Shown here piece after piece: positions 10,507 through 18,420 of a stretch of DNA of 32,000 bases. The number at the start of each line of letters is the position of its first letter. The stretch's first letter is position 1. A program made the position numbers and the translations under genes. Below the pieces are notes generated by a model. It was not told the DNA's origin. It searched no databases and was given only the letters and a program-made list of their open reading frames with translations. The stretch is from Candidatus Saccharimonas aalborgensis (lineage in GTDB: Bacteria; Patescibacteriota; Saccharimonadia; Saccharimonadales; Saccharimonadaceae). The stretch is taken from contig NC_021219.1 in NCBI RefSeq assembly GCF_000392435.1, forward strand, positions 360,001-392,000. The letters run 5' to 3'.

Positions 10507-11685
10507 TTATAGTTGCTTAATCGCACGTTCAACGCTATCCCAGTAGCGAATTGTCGCCCTTGTACCGTCACTCCGTACCCACGCACGGCGTTTTGTGAAA
10601 GGATCATCTCCGTGTAGTTGATTATACGCTGTCTCAGTCAGACCAACTGTTACACCAGGCTTAAATATCATGCTCCGACCCGAGTGTGCCGGCGCTGCCA
10701 TGCCAAGTTGGCGGAGAAACGTATCGGATGTCCAACGATCGCCACCTTTTGCTGGGAAAAGTGCTGTCGCATGCGAGACGGCATATTCATACTGACCCTC
10801 CCCTTCATGAAGTCCATACGAGAATGGCCCTCCATGATAGTCCTCATGTGACGGATCGTACGCAAGTATATCGAATTCAATACCCTCTGCTGGTGTCACG
10901 CCACGCACATACAAGATACTCTCCTGCGAGTTTGTGACAGCAAATTCGGCAATCTGCCGAGGACGGGTGGGAAGCGCCTGGAGAAATACCGGCTCTGTCT
11001 CACCGTCATATGCACACTCTACGATATGAGCAACCGACGCATCAAACGGTGCCGCGCCCACCACTTGCTCATAGTACCCCATAAGTTCCTGGACCGGCGG
11101 ATCGTTCTCGCCTGTATACGAAGCAGGGCGATTGATCTCTCCTTCATCAACGACATAGAACTCTTGCTCATCCACTCTCCCGATATAGAATCGATCCTCC
11201 CGCCCATTATCCGGCACCAGGAAATAATTTGCACCTTTTGCTGCCTGCCAATACGACAAACTAGCATCTCGCAGTACTTCGGTATCAAAACCGTGTGATG
11301 ATTTACCGGTCAATAGCCGATGCCAAGTCGCCACGTGTCCGTAGTGTGCACCAGCCATCCTGGCAATCCTACGAAGTGTCCAATAGGTGCGGTCTGGGTC
11401 GTCGATTCCCTTTTGGACCGCCTCGATTTCCTCGCTATGCATTCCCTCGCTATCATACGACATGCCAAGTCCTGAATAATACAGCTCACCGGGATGTTCA
11501 GACCAAGCAAAGAATCGATCCCCACATGAAACGGCATCCTCATACGTATCGAAGATACGGGGGACACGAAACCCCAGTGCCGCCATAGCTTGACCAATTT
11601 CCTGCTTGGGGCGCATGGGATGACGGCCGAGATGCTCAATAATAGAGGGAACGCCAGGAGTAGACTCTGCGGGATATTGAATCAT
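10507..11685 (-). CDS. Hypothetical protein, 392 aa, last gene of the Y-family polymerase operon
   Basis: Long uninterrupted ORF starting 36 nt downstream of the polymerase gene on the same strand. I recognised no catalytic motif with confidence. The segment ...EPVFLQALPTRP... faintly recalls PEP-utiliser/ATP-grasp N-domains; this is weak. Confidence 0.55.
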   Translation of the reverse strand: MIQYPAESTPGVPSIIEHLGRHPMRPKQEIGQAMAALGFRVPRIFDTYEDAVSCGDRFFAWSEHPGELYYSGLGMSYDSEGMHSEEIEAVQKGIDDPDRTYWTLRRIARMAGAHYGHVATWHRLLTGKSSHGFDTEVLRDASLSYWQAAKGANYFLVPDNGREDRFYIGRVDEQEFYVVDEGEINRPASYTGENDPPVQELMGYYEQVVGAAPFDASVAHIVECAYDGETEPVFLQALPTRPRQIAEFAVTNSQESILYVRGVTPAEGIEFDILAYDPSHEDYHGGPFSYGLHEGEGQYEYAVSHATALFPAKGGDRWTSDTFLRQLGMAAPAHSGRSMIFKPGVTVGLTETAYNQLHGDDPFTKRRAWVRSDGTRATIRYWDSVERAIKQL

Positions 11686-11721
11686 TGTTTTACATATTAT
11701 AAATTATAATGGTTATTTTGT

Positions 11722-12999
11722 CTATAGATAACGCGTACTCCCAAAGGGTATCTTTTGTTTGACATAGATACCCGTCCCCAGGGTATCGGCACTGTGAATC
11801 GTACGCTCACCCCATCGATTGTTGACTTCATCGATCGCCCACGTTACCTGCTGTTCACGCACAAATTGATCGCCAAATAATACCAACTGACGATCTGCGC
11901 CATCATGAAGATGATAACAATGGACGCCGATTTCACGTATATCACCATTCGGCACGTGCTCAAAGAGTCGGCGTGCTATCTCCCAAATCGCTTGATTGGT
12001 ATAAAAGGGCAGGGGAGCGAGGTATGTTTCATGCCAATAATTCCCCCGTCTTCCCCAGCGGCCATTTGTGGCTTCTCCTGGTGTGCTGGCCGCGTAGAGT
12101 CGCGCATACACCCCTACTCCCCGCGCGCTTTTTCCCTGTGAGCGTAGCTTTGTTCCCACCGATTCGACGAGATGATGAAGTCTCTGGAGTACATCCGAGC
12201 GAGGCAGCTCTCGTCGTTCGATGACATACTGACGGCCGCAACTCTTCATATCGTACTGGACGTCGTCTACTTCCCAACCCCTCAACCGTTGATACCACCA
12301 ATCGCCGACAACGCTCTTAAAGGCAAGCCTGAGCGTTGCCCTATCGGCGTCGAGCATCTGGAGTGGCGTATAGATACCAACTGCGTTGAGACGATGTTCG
12401 TTGCGTGAGGCGATGCCCGTCAGGTCTTGAAGCGAGAGGTCTAGTAGGGTGGCCCTTAGATTTTCGTGAGTGATGATATCAAGCCCATCAGGTTTATGCA
12501 GACTAGCGGCTGTCTTTGCGAGGAATCGATTTGGGGCAATCCCGATATTACAGCGCATCGCTCTGCCTATTTCTTCACGTAATCGACGTTTAATCTCCTG
12601 CCCCACTTCTACCAAATTCCGCTCCCGTATCGAGGCAGGGGATTGGGCAAAATCAATCACACCCTCATCGATACTCTTCATCGTGAAGTGAGGGCTATAG
12701 TCGCTCATGATCGCCATTAGTTTGTGATAGACATAGCGATACTTCGGCGGATCACTTTCGATACCTACGAGTGTCGGGCACAGTTTTCTTGCATCGCGTA
12801 GCTTCATACCAAGTTTTACCCCCATCGCTTTTGCTTCGTAACTCGCGGTCACGATCGATGTCTGGTCGGTTGCTCGATTGACAATCCCCACCGGCCTACC
12901 GCGTAACTGTGGTCGAGCTTGTTGCTCAACAGTCGCAAAACAACTATTGAGATCGATATGCATCACAAGTGGACGCGCCGTATTACAGTCATTATTCAT
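11722..12999 (-). CDS. Y-family (UmuC/DinB-like) translesion DNA polymerase
   Basis: 425 aa. The N-terminus HIDLNSCFATVEQQARPQLRGRPVGIV...ASYEAKAMGVKLGM...SIDEGVIDF matches the Y-family palm motifs (DxN-type first motif as in UmuC, and SIDE as the catalytic acidic motif). Confidence 0.85.
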   Translation of the reverse strand: MNNDCNTARPLVMHIDLNSCFATVEQQARPQLRGRPVGIVNRATDQTSIVTASYEAKAMGVKLGMKLRDARKLCPTLVGIESDPPKYRYVYHKLMAIMSDYSPHFTMKSIDEGVIDFAQSPASIRERNLVEVGQEIKRRLREEIGRAMRCNIGIAPNRFLAKTAASLHKPDGLDIITHENLRATLLDLSLQDLTGIASRNEHRLNAVGIYTPLQMLDADRATLRLAFKSVVGDWWYQRLRGWEVDDVQYDMKSCGRQYVIERRELPRSDVLQRLHHLVESVGTKLRSQGKSARGVGVYARLYAASTPGEATNGRWGRRGNYWHETYLAPLPFYTNQAIWEIARRLFEHVPNGDIREIGVHCYHLHDGADRQLVLFGDQFVREQQVTWAIDEVNNRWGERTIHSADTLGTGIYVKQKIPFGSTRYL

Positions 13000-13258
13000 A
13001 GTGATCCGCCTCCCTTGTCAGCATCCAGGTGAGTCGCTCAGCGTCAAACTCTAGTCGGTAGTCACTCCCCCCGTCAGTCACTTCAAAAACATGAATCAAG
13101 CGCCTTCCCTTCATAACTGGGTGGCGAAGTCCGAGCTCGGTGACCGCGATCTCCTTGCCGTTTGAACGGCGTATCCGCCTTGGAACACACAAGTCCAGAC
13201 CATCAGCAAATGTCGCTATCACCTGAACGCGTTCATTGAGATAAAGTTCATCATTCAT
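12992..13258 (-). CDS. Small hypothetical protein (88 aa) translationally coupled to the Y-family polymerase
   Basis: Start is the ATG at 13258, preceded by AAGAGGAG 8 nt upstream (the ORF-track TTG start is 13354). Its stop overlaps the polymerase ATG within TATGAATAA, an 8-nt overlap. No motif recognised. Confidence 0.55.
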   Translation of the reverse strand: MNDELYLNERVQVIATFADGLDLCVPRRIRRSNGKEIAVTELGLRHPVMKGRRLIHVFEVTDGGSDYRLEFDAERLTWMLTREADHYE

Positions 13259-13392
13259 TTCACTAACTCCTCTTAGTTGCACATAAGAGAAACGATCTAC
13301 TGAAATGTGTTGCCCGTTTTCCCCGCCCGTTTCTAGCGACGTATCCGAAGACAACTGATGATCCAGTGGTGAGGGACGCTTACCAAAGAGGC

Positions 13393-13419
13393 AGTGAGTA
13401 TCACCCGGAGATACTCACT
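13393..13419. promoter_or_regulatory. Perfect 10-bp inverted repeat; candidate operator or 5' stem-loop for the polymerase operon
   Basis: AGTGAGTATC-acccgga-GATACTCACT. On the minus strand it directly follows a TATAAT/TATATA box (ggtatataatAGTGAG...). Confidence 0.4.
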
Positions 13420-13495
13420 ATTATATACCATACTGTCGCCGCTATTAATGCTATACTTGAATACACAGCTAACGGGCGGGAGATGAGAGGAACGA

Positions 13496-14476
13496 ATGCG
13501 AACTCGTGCCGAACGACTTACCACAGCCATAGAAGGCAGTTGGTCGCTAGAAACTACTAGTACCCCTGATACATGGTATGATGATGTCCCTACCAGGGGA
13601 CAGTGCGTTCCCACATCGCTCGTGATCCAAGACTACCTTGGTGGCGACATCGAGCGCCTCAGAACACTTTATGCGGGAGCTTCCGAAACCCACTACCGCA
13701 ATCGTATTGATGGCAACGTACTAGACTTAACGCGCAGCCAATACCCCCCAGAGCAGTCATTTGAACAAGCGCCGGTTGATGGTGATACCAGAGAATACGT
13801 TTTTGCGAACCCAGCAACTCGTGCCCGGTACCAACTACTGACGACGCGGGTTCAACGCCTGATGTACCTCCAGAGTATGGCAGAACACCCCGAAGATTCG
13901 GCTAAGCCGGTCGCTCTATTTGACCTAGACGGTGTCATCCTCGACTTTGATGCCCGTGTTGAGGCAGAGCTAAAGCGACATGGCATTACCGTACCACCAC
14001 GCTCAGACTTCTATATGACTAAGCGCCTTACCGACCCTGAGCATATTGCTCTCGTAAGAGACCTTCAGCACTCGAAAGGCTTTTTTGAATCACTGGAACC
14101 CATACCGGGTGCTATAGAAGCCTGGCACTTCGTGAGATCACTCGGTTTTCATGCTCGTATCTGTTCTGCGCCCATCTCTGGCAATCCGTGGAGTATTCGC
14201 GAAAAGCTAGTGACAGTTGAACGATACCTCGGCCCGCGTGCTGCCGATGAAGCATATATCGGCAAACGAAAATCGGAGTGTTCGGGAGTAATGCTTTTTG
14301 ATGATCGCCCTACGATAGCCGATGCCGCAAACGCCGATTGGCTTCATGCGCACTACACACAGGACTACAACCAGCATGTTGAAACACCTCTCCGAGTTCG
14401 TGATTGGACCGAACTCGACAAAGTAGCCGAATTTCTCGGTTGCGCCTTGAAACGCTCGCGCAGTGTTCATCTCTAG
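13496..14476 (+). CDS. Fusion protein: unknown N-terminal domain (possibly YunG-like) plus C-terminal HAD-type 5'(3')-deoxyribonucleotidase domain
   Basis: 326 aa. The C-terminal half has the HAD motif I FDLDGVILDF and a late LFDDRP acidic motif, as in the NT5C/YorS family. The N-terminal ~130 aa contain W..W....P.RGQCVPTSLVIQDYLGG...THYRNRIDGNVLDLTRSQY. Confidence 0.6.
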   Translation: MRTRAERLTTAIEGSWSLETTSTPDTWYDDVPTRGQCVPTSLVIQDYLGGDIERLRTLYAGASETHYRNRIDGNVLDLTRSQYPPEQSFEQAPVDGDTREYVFANPATRARYQLLTTRVQRLMYLQSMAEHPEDSAKPVALFDLDGVILDFDARVEAELKRHGITVPPRSDFYMTKRLTDPEHIALVRDLQHSKGFFESLEPIPGAIEAWHFVRSLGFHARICSAPISGNPWSIREKLVTVERYLGPRAADEAYIGKRKSECSGVMLFDDRPTIADAANADWLHAHYTQDYNQHVETPLRVRDWTELDKVAEFLGCALKRSRSVHL

Positions 14477-14513
14477 AAATTAGCACTCTCCTCTGCTATA
14501 ATTGGCTGCACTC

Positions 14514-14562
14514 GGCACTGTAGCTCAGTCGGTTAGAGCGTAGGACTCATAAGCCTGAGGTC
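14514..14562 (+). pseudogene. 5' half of a split tRNA(CAU) gene (acceptor 5' strand through anticodon arm); its last 17 nt are the attL core
   Basis: GGCACTG-TA-GCTC-AGTCGGTTA-GAGC-G-TAGGA-CTCATAA-GCCTG-AGGTC. An extended -10 box TGcTATAAT lies at 14494..14502. The downstream sequence has no T-arm and no acceptor 3' strand. Confidence 0.85.
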
Positions 14563-15756
14563 TTTGATTGGAACCCGACCCACTGTCGCACTGTTAATTT
14601 TGATATATTCCGCCAAGATTTTGTCGCCTGACGGCTTAATTTGACGGCTAGAAGCACTTTTTTCACTGATTTGAAGCTCATATTTTTGTAATGCTTCTGA
14701 CGTGTCGTTAATGTCGGCATGTTGATAAATCTGTAGGGTTGTTGAGATATGCGAATGACCCAAAATTGCCTGAACATCTCTGGGCGCAACGCACAGATTC
14801 TTGAGGTTTGTAGCTGCGGTGTGCCTTAAATGGTGGAGCGTAATAATCGGCAGACCCGCTTCTTTACTTATGCGCTTGAAAGACCTTCGTAAATTATTAG
14901 GGTCAACTGGAAGTCCGTTTGATGTCTTAAATATAAGGTCGGGCAGCGGTCCCGCAGTTGTGGACTTAAGATTGTTAAGCACAGCTAGAGTTGCGTCAAG
15001 TATAGGAAGATTGCGTTTTGAAGCACGTGTCTTTAACTCCACATAGCTATACGTGTGATTCGAGTAGTCTACTTGCCTCCTTACACGAATAATCTTGTTG
15101 GTGAAATCTATGTCAGACCATGATAAGCCTAACGCCTCACCCCTACGAAGCCCATAAAAGCCCATTAGAAAGTAAATTGGATAATACTGATGGTCAGAAG
15201 CAGCGCGTAAAAAGGCAGTTAACTCATCTACGCTCCATGGCTCGGCTTCTTTTGGTTTATACATCGGTATGGTAACAAGCCGTGCCACATTGCGCGATAT
15301 ACGCTCCTCCTTCGCAGCCCTCTGCAATACTGCGGAAAGAATACAGCGCATTTTCTGTACAGTGCGGTGCGATTGACCCGTCCTTAGCTGGTTGTCGATA
15401 AATGTCTGGACATCTGCCACACTCAACTTCGTGAGATACTTATTGCCAAGCCCTGGCTTTAGATAAATACGAACGAGCGACTCATAACCAGCTAAAGTAC
15501 TCCTACGAATCGAAGGTTGCACTACTAAAAGCCAATAATCCATATATGCACCAAGCCTTTCCTCCCTCGGATTTGCCTTGAGACCGCTATCATTCTTGTT
15601 GCGCATCTCCACTAAAATCGCCTCGGCATCTTTGCGTGTTGTGGCATAGCGTCTTATTCGCCTAATCCCTAGAGGCGTGTTTACGTAGCAAGCAGCTTCA
15701 TACCGACCTTCTTTACGCTTGTAGACCGTTCCTTCACCCCGACGTCGTCTGCTCAT
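14533..15756 (-). CDS. int: Tyrosine-type site-specific integrase
   Basis: 407 aa. Catalytic signature residues are visible: GLRRGEALGL (Arg), LHHLRHTAAT (HxxR), GHSHISTTLQIYQH (His...Tyr). The last 10 codons read through the att core into the host tRNA 5' half. Confidence 0.92.
   Translation of the reverse strand: MSRRRRGEGTVYKRKEGRYEAACYVNTPLGIRRIRRYATTRKDAEAILVEMRNKNDSGLKANPREERLGAYMDYWLLVVQPSIRRSTLAGYESLVRIYLKPGLGNKYLTKLSVADVQTFIDNQLRTGQSHRTVQKMRCILSAVLQRAAKEERISRNVARLVTIPMYKPKEAEPWSVDELTAFLRAASDHQYYPIYFLMGFYGLRRGEALGLSWSDIDFTNKIIRVRRQVDYSNHTYSYVELKTRASKRNLPILDATLAVLNNLKSTTAGPLPDLIFKTSNGLPVDPNNLRRSFKRISKEAGLPIITLHHLRHTAATNLKNLCVAPRDVQAILGHSHISTTLQIYQHADINDTSEALQKYELQISEKSASSRQIKPSGDKILAEYIKINSATVGRVPIKDLRLMSPTL
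14629..14650 (+). repeat. Two direct copies of the arm-type motif (TGACGGCTTA, TGACGGCTA) in the attL arm
   Basis: TGACGGCTTA at 14629..14638 and TGACGGCTA at 14642..14650, about 70-90 bp from the core. The same 10-mer recurs at 18989..18998. Confidence 0.6.
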
Positions 15757-15955
15757 ATTGCTTCCTTTTGCTCTGTTTTATAAAGTCCGTTAAGTCCTCG
15801 TATGCGATTAATCGTCTGCTGGCAATTGTTAGGGTTCTTAGTTCGTTGTGTCTCATCAGTTTGTAAATCATCCATCTACTCACCCTCAAGTACTCCGCAG
15901 CTTCTTCGACTGTGTACAAAGCTGGATGGTTCGGTTGCTCAGTTGCGCTACCCAT
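15734..15955 (-). CDS. xis: Excisionase / MerR-superfamily HTH DNA-binding protein
   Basis: YTVEEAAEYLRVSRWMIYKLMRHNELRTLTIASRRLIAYEDL is a typical excisionase-family HTH. It overlaps the int start by 23 nt. I chose the ATG at 15955 (RBS aaagga); an alternative ATG lies at 16036. Confidence 0.7.
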   Translation of the reverse strand: MGSATEQPNHPALYTVEEAAEYLRVSRWMIYKLMRHNELRTLTIASRRLIAYEDLTDFIKQSKRKQYEQTTSG

Positions 15956-16185
15956 GTCTAATCCTTTTCTGGCTTCTCGCCCAGCAGGCTGTTTACTGTT
16001 CAGTTTCAATAGGGTGGCTAGGTTACTGGACAACATTCAGCTTTAATTATATAATATTTTTCAATTAATCGAAACCCTTTTGTTCCCTGAGTCCTGTCTT
16101 TACCCGTATTAAACAGACTCTCACCATAGAGGTAATCTTTACTTTTAGAGATTATCTTTATATATAAGGGTTTTCTTTTTAAGGG

Positions 16186-16527
16186 TTACATGAACCCCAT
16201 ATCATCTGATTTTCGTGTAGGCTGTGTGTTCGAAGTAGAGTCATCCTCATCACTTAAACCTGTAGCTGATTTAACCGCTTCAATACATGCCTGACGTATC
16301 TCCTCCCATAGTGGAAACTGCATGTTGAACTCCACTGTGTACCTATACTTGCCGCGTCCCGCTCGACCGAGCAGAGGTGGATATACTGCCCAGTCTTGTT
16401 CACCGTTTGGCGGGAACACCATAAAGCCATTGATGTATATACCTATGTCAGGTATCAGCACCTTAACTCGATACCCAGCACCGACGGGCTTGTGAACTTC
16501 CGCTTCAACCTCAAATTCATTTTCCAT
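16186..16527 (-). CDS. Hypothetical protein, 113 aa, element cargo (weak SpoVG-like pattern)
   Basis: The pattern VKVLIPDIGIYINGFMVFPPNGEQDWAVYPP...YRYTVEF...EEIRQACIEAV loosely recalls the SpoVG beta-rich DNA/RNA-binding fold. The C-terminal tail is acidic/polar. The similarity is unverified. Confidence 0.45.
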   Translation of the reverse strand: MENEFEVEAEVHKPVGAGYRVKVLIPDIGIYINGFMVFPPNGEQDWAVYPPLLGRAGRGKYRYTVEFNMQFPLWEEIRQACIEAVKSATGLSDEDDSTSNTQPTRKSDDMGFM

Positions 16528-16687
16528 TTTTTCTTACATTCCGTTTTATGTGAGCGCTGCCTTGGTGGACGGTATTATATTGACCTTAGCAGCGCTGTTT
16601 CGAACCGTCGTGTGCCTAGAATAAGGAAAACAAGGGACGCATTGAACAGATGTACTAGAACAATACTAGATGTAAGGAGAGGCGATA

Positions 16688-17497
16688 CTACTTGATACTA
16701 TTTTCCTGTATCGTGGCGAGCTGTTTGAGTGTCAGTTGGGGTCGATTTTTGAGCGTGAAGGTCTTGGCTGTTATATCAGCAAAGGGGCTTAGTACGTTGC
16801 CTGAATGAAACGGGCTGTCATTACGGTAAATCTGGGTCAATTGTTTTCGTTCCGAGAAAGCGTCTGGCTTATTAAGCCATCGTCGTAAATCGTCAAATGT
16901 CGTAGGTTCATTAAAGTGTCGCTTAGCGTATATTAGCTCGATAATGTCTAGTGTTGAGCCTGTCGATAAGGTTTTGAGCGTATATGTTTTACCCTTGGCG
17001 CGGACAATCGGCGTTTGATTGACTATCTCTAAAGTCGCTGGTATTCCGTCGCCCTTGTAGTTAATGCCATGCTCCTCGCAAAACCCGATAAACTTGTCAT
17101 AGTCCACGTCATCAATAAACCGTATGTAATCGTATTCTCGATGAGCTTGATCGGTCTTGTCCCATTTATCGCCCCATGCACCGCGTCCCAGATTTTCCAT
17201 AGCCTCAAGCTGTTGGTCGCGGAAGTAGTTTGGCTTCGAGCCACTTTTTATAGCACCTACTTGTTTTAATGCCATGAGGGCTTTATCTTCTGCGGCAACA
17301 TTTGCCAGATTCTCGTCAGTGTTCAGGCTATCGTCCCAGTCAAAAATCCAGCGGTGTTCATTGTGTTCAAAATCCATACCAGAATGAATATCCCTGTATA
17401 GCTTTGTCGCAACAACATCTAACCAAAAACGAGCATTTTCATTCATCTTACGACTATTATCGTACATCTTACTTATATTCGGTAGCTTAACCGTCAT
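16688..17497 (-). CDS. Hypothetical protein, 269 aa, element cargo
   Basis: Clean ORF with coding-like composition. I recognised no motif, including no obvious replication, primase or toxin signature. Confidence 0.5.
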   Translation of the reverse strand: MTVKLPNISKMYDNSRKMNENARFWLDVVATKLYRDIHSGMDFEHNEHRWIFDWDDSLNTDENLANVAAEDKALMALKQVGAIKSGSKPNYFRDQQLEAMENLGRGAWGDKWDKTDQAHREYDYIRFIDDVDYDKFIGFCEEHGINYKGDGIPATLEIVNQTPIVRAKGKTYTLKTLSTGSTLDIIELIYAKRHFNEPTTFDDLRRWLNKPDAFSERKQLTQIYRNDSPFHSGNVLSPFADITAKTFTLKNRPQLTLKQLATIQENSIK

Positions 17498-17674
17498 CGT
17501 GGCGTGTTGAGAGGCGTTTTAAGAGGTTTTATCGGGCGAAACGGGTATTGGGGTCACTTTGACTGTTTAGTTGATTCTAGGGGTATGTTTTTCGAGAAAA
17601 TAACCTTATAATTGACCCCAGATAGCTTCGCTATTCCGATCTAGAGCCACCGCAAGGAAGGTATGGTCATCAAA

Positions 17675-17718
17675 ACTACGTCAATGTTAATCCGATCATC
17701 GGTAACTATTGACGTAGT
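17675..17718 (+). repeat. Long near-perfect hairpin in the element's central intergenic region
   Basis: ACTACGTCAAT-GTTA-at-CCGAT-c-ATCGG-TAAC-t-ATTGACGTAGT. The 11-bp outer arms are perfect, with nested GTTA/TAAC and CCGAT/ATCGG pairs. Confidence 0.55.
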
Positions 17719-17811
17719 CGCAACTCGAAAGGGTTGTGGGGCGAAAGCTCAGCCGGTGGTCGGTTTTAGTTTCCATCGGTTTTAACACGCAAAAGGAGCG
17801 TAGAGAACCCA

Positions 17812-18420
17812 ATGAGAAACAAGAAAACTATCGAGCAACGAACGGGACAAGAGTTAAGTGTAAAAAGACAGAAGCGTCAGCATCGACCGATGGGTATCGG
17901 CGGTGCGCTATTTTTGATTTTAGTAATTTTCTGTGGGATCGGAATAATTAGTGCCATGATTGCAAATTCGCCTGCACAGAAAAACTCGAAAGCCGTCAAG
18001 CAATCGTCGAAGATTGGTCAGGTATCGAGTGATGCTGGTTTTAACTTCGTAGTGAATTCTTTTAAGTGTGGCGAAAAACAAATAGGTTTCGACAATGGCG
18101 TATTACATTACTCTACAGATGCACAGGGTCAGTTCTGTCGCCTCAACATTACCGTAACTAATGCTGGCAATAACTCAAACAGTATTCGCCCGTATAACCA
18201 ATACATCTTCAACGACAAGGGACAGCGCTACGATTATGACCCTGCTGGAACAGGTCGTGCAGCACAGTACGAACTCGGCGACCCGTTTAGCGATGACATT
18301 AACCCTGGCAATAGTATTACGGGCGACATCGTCTTTGATGTGCCTGTGAATGTAACGCCTATTACAGCCGAACTACACGGTGATAAGGATAGTTCAGGCA
18401 TACGAGTAAATCTACAGTAG
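17812..18420 (+). CDS. Membrane-anchored DUF4352-like surface protein, element cargo
   Basis: 202 aa. N-terminal basic region plus a TM helix (GGALFLILVIFCGIGIISAMI). The ectodomain pattern GQFCRLNITVTNAGNNSNSI...GNSITGDIVFDVP is typical of the DUF4352 Ig-like fold; assignment is from memory. Confidence 0.6.
   Translation: MRNKKTIEQRTGQELSVKRQKRQHRPMGIGGALFLILVIFCGIGIISAMIANSPAQKNSKAVKQSSKIGQVSSDAGFNFVVNSFKCGEKQIGFDNGVLHYSTDAQGQFCRLNITVTNAGNNSNSIRPYNQYIFNDKGQRYDYDPAGTGRAAQYELGDPFSDDINPGNSITGDIVFDVPVNVTPITAELHGDKDSSGIRVNLQ

Noticed and set aside
13333-13614. 93-aa minus-strand and 64-aa plus-strand ORFs in the polymerase/nucleotidase divergent region
   Set aside because: They overlap the promoter/operator region and the start of the well-supported 13496 gene. 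They have no RBS and an implausible composition.
14480-14506. Fourth CIRCE element (TTAGCACTC) just upstream of the split tRNA
   Set aside because: Only the left arm is present. Nine nt downstream the sequence is ATAATTGGC rather than GAGTGCTAA. This is most likely a chance half-site overlapping the tRNA promoter (TGcTATAAT).
14514-14600. Possibility that the left tRNA copy (attL) is an intact tRNA rebuilt by the element, as in most tRNA-integrating elements
   Set aside because: After the variable-loop AGGTC, the sequence TTTGATTGGAACCCGACCCACTGTCGCACTG offers no 5-bp T-stem with a TTCRAnY loop. It also has no CAGTGCC/CAGTGCT strand to pair with the acceptor GGCACTG. Only the fragment at 19097..19141 completes the cloverleaf.
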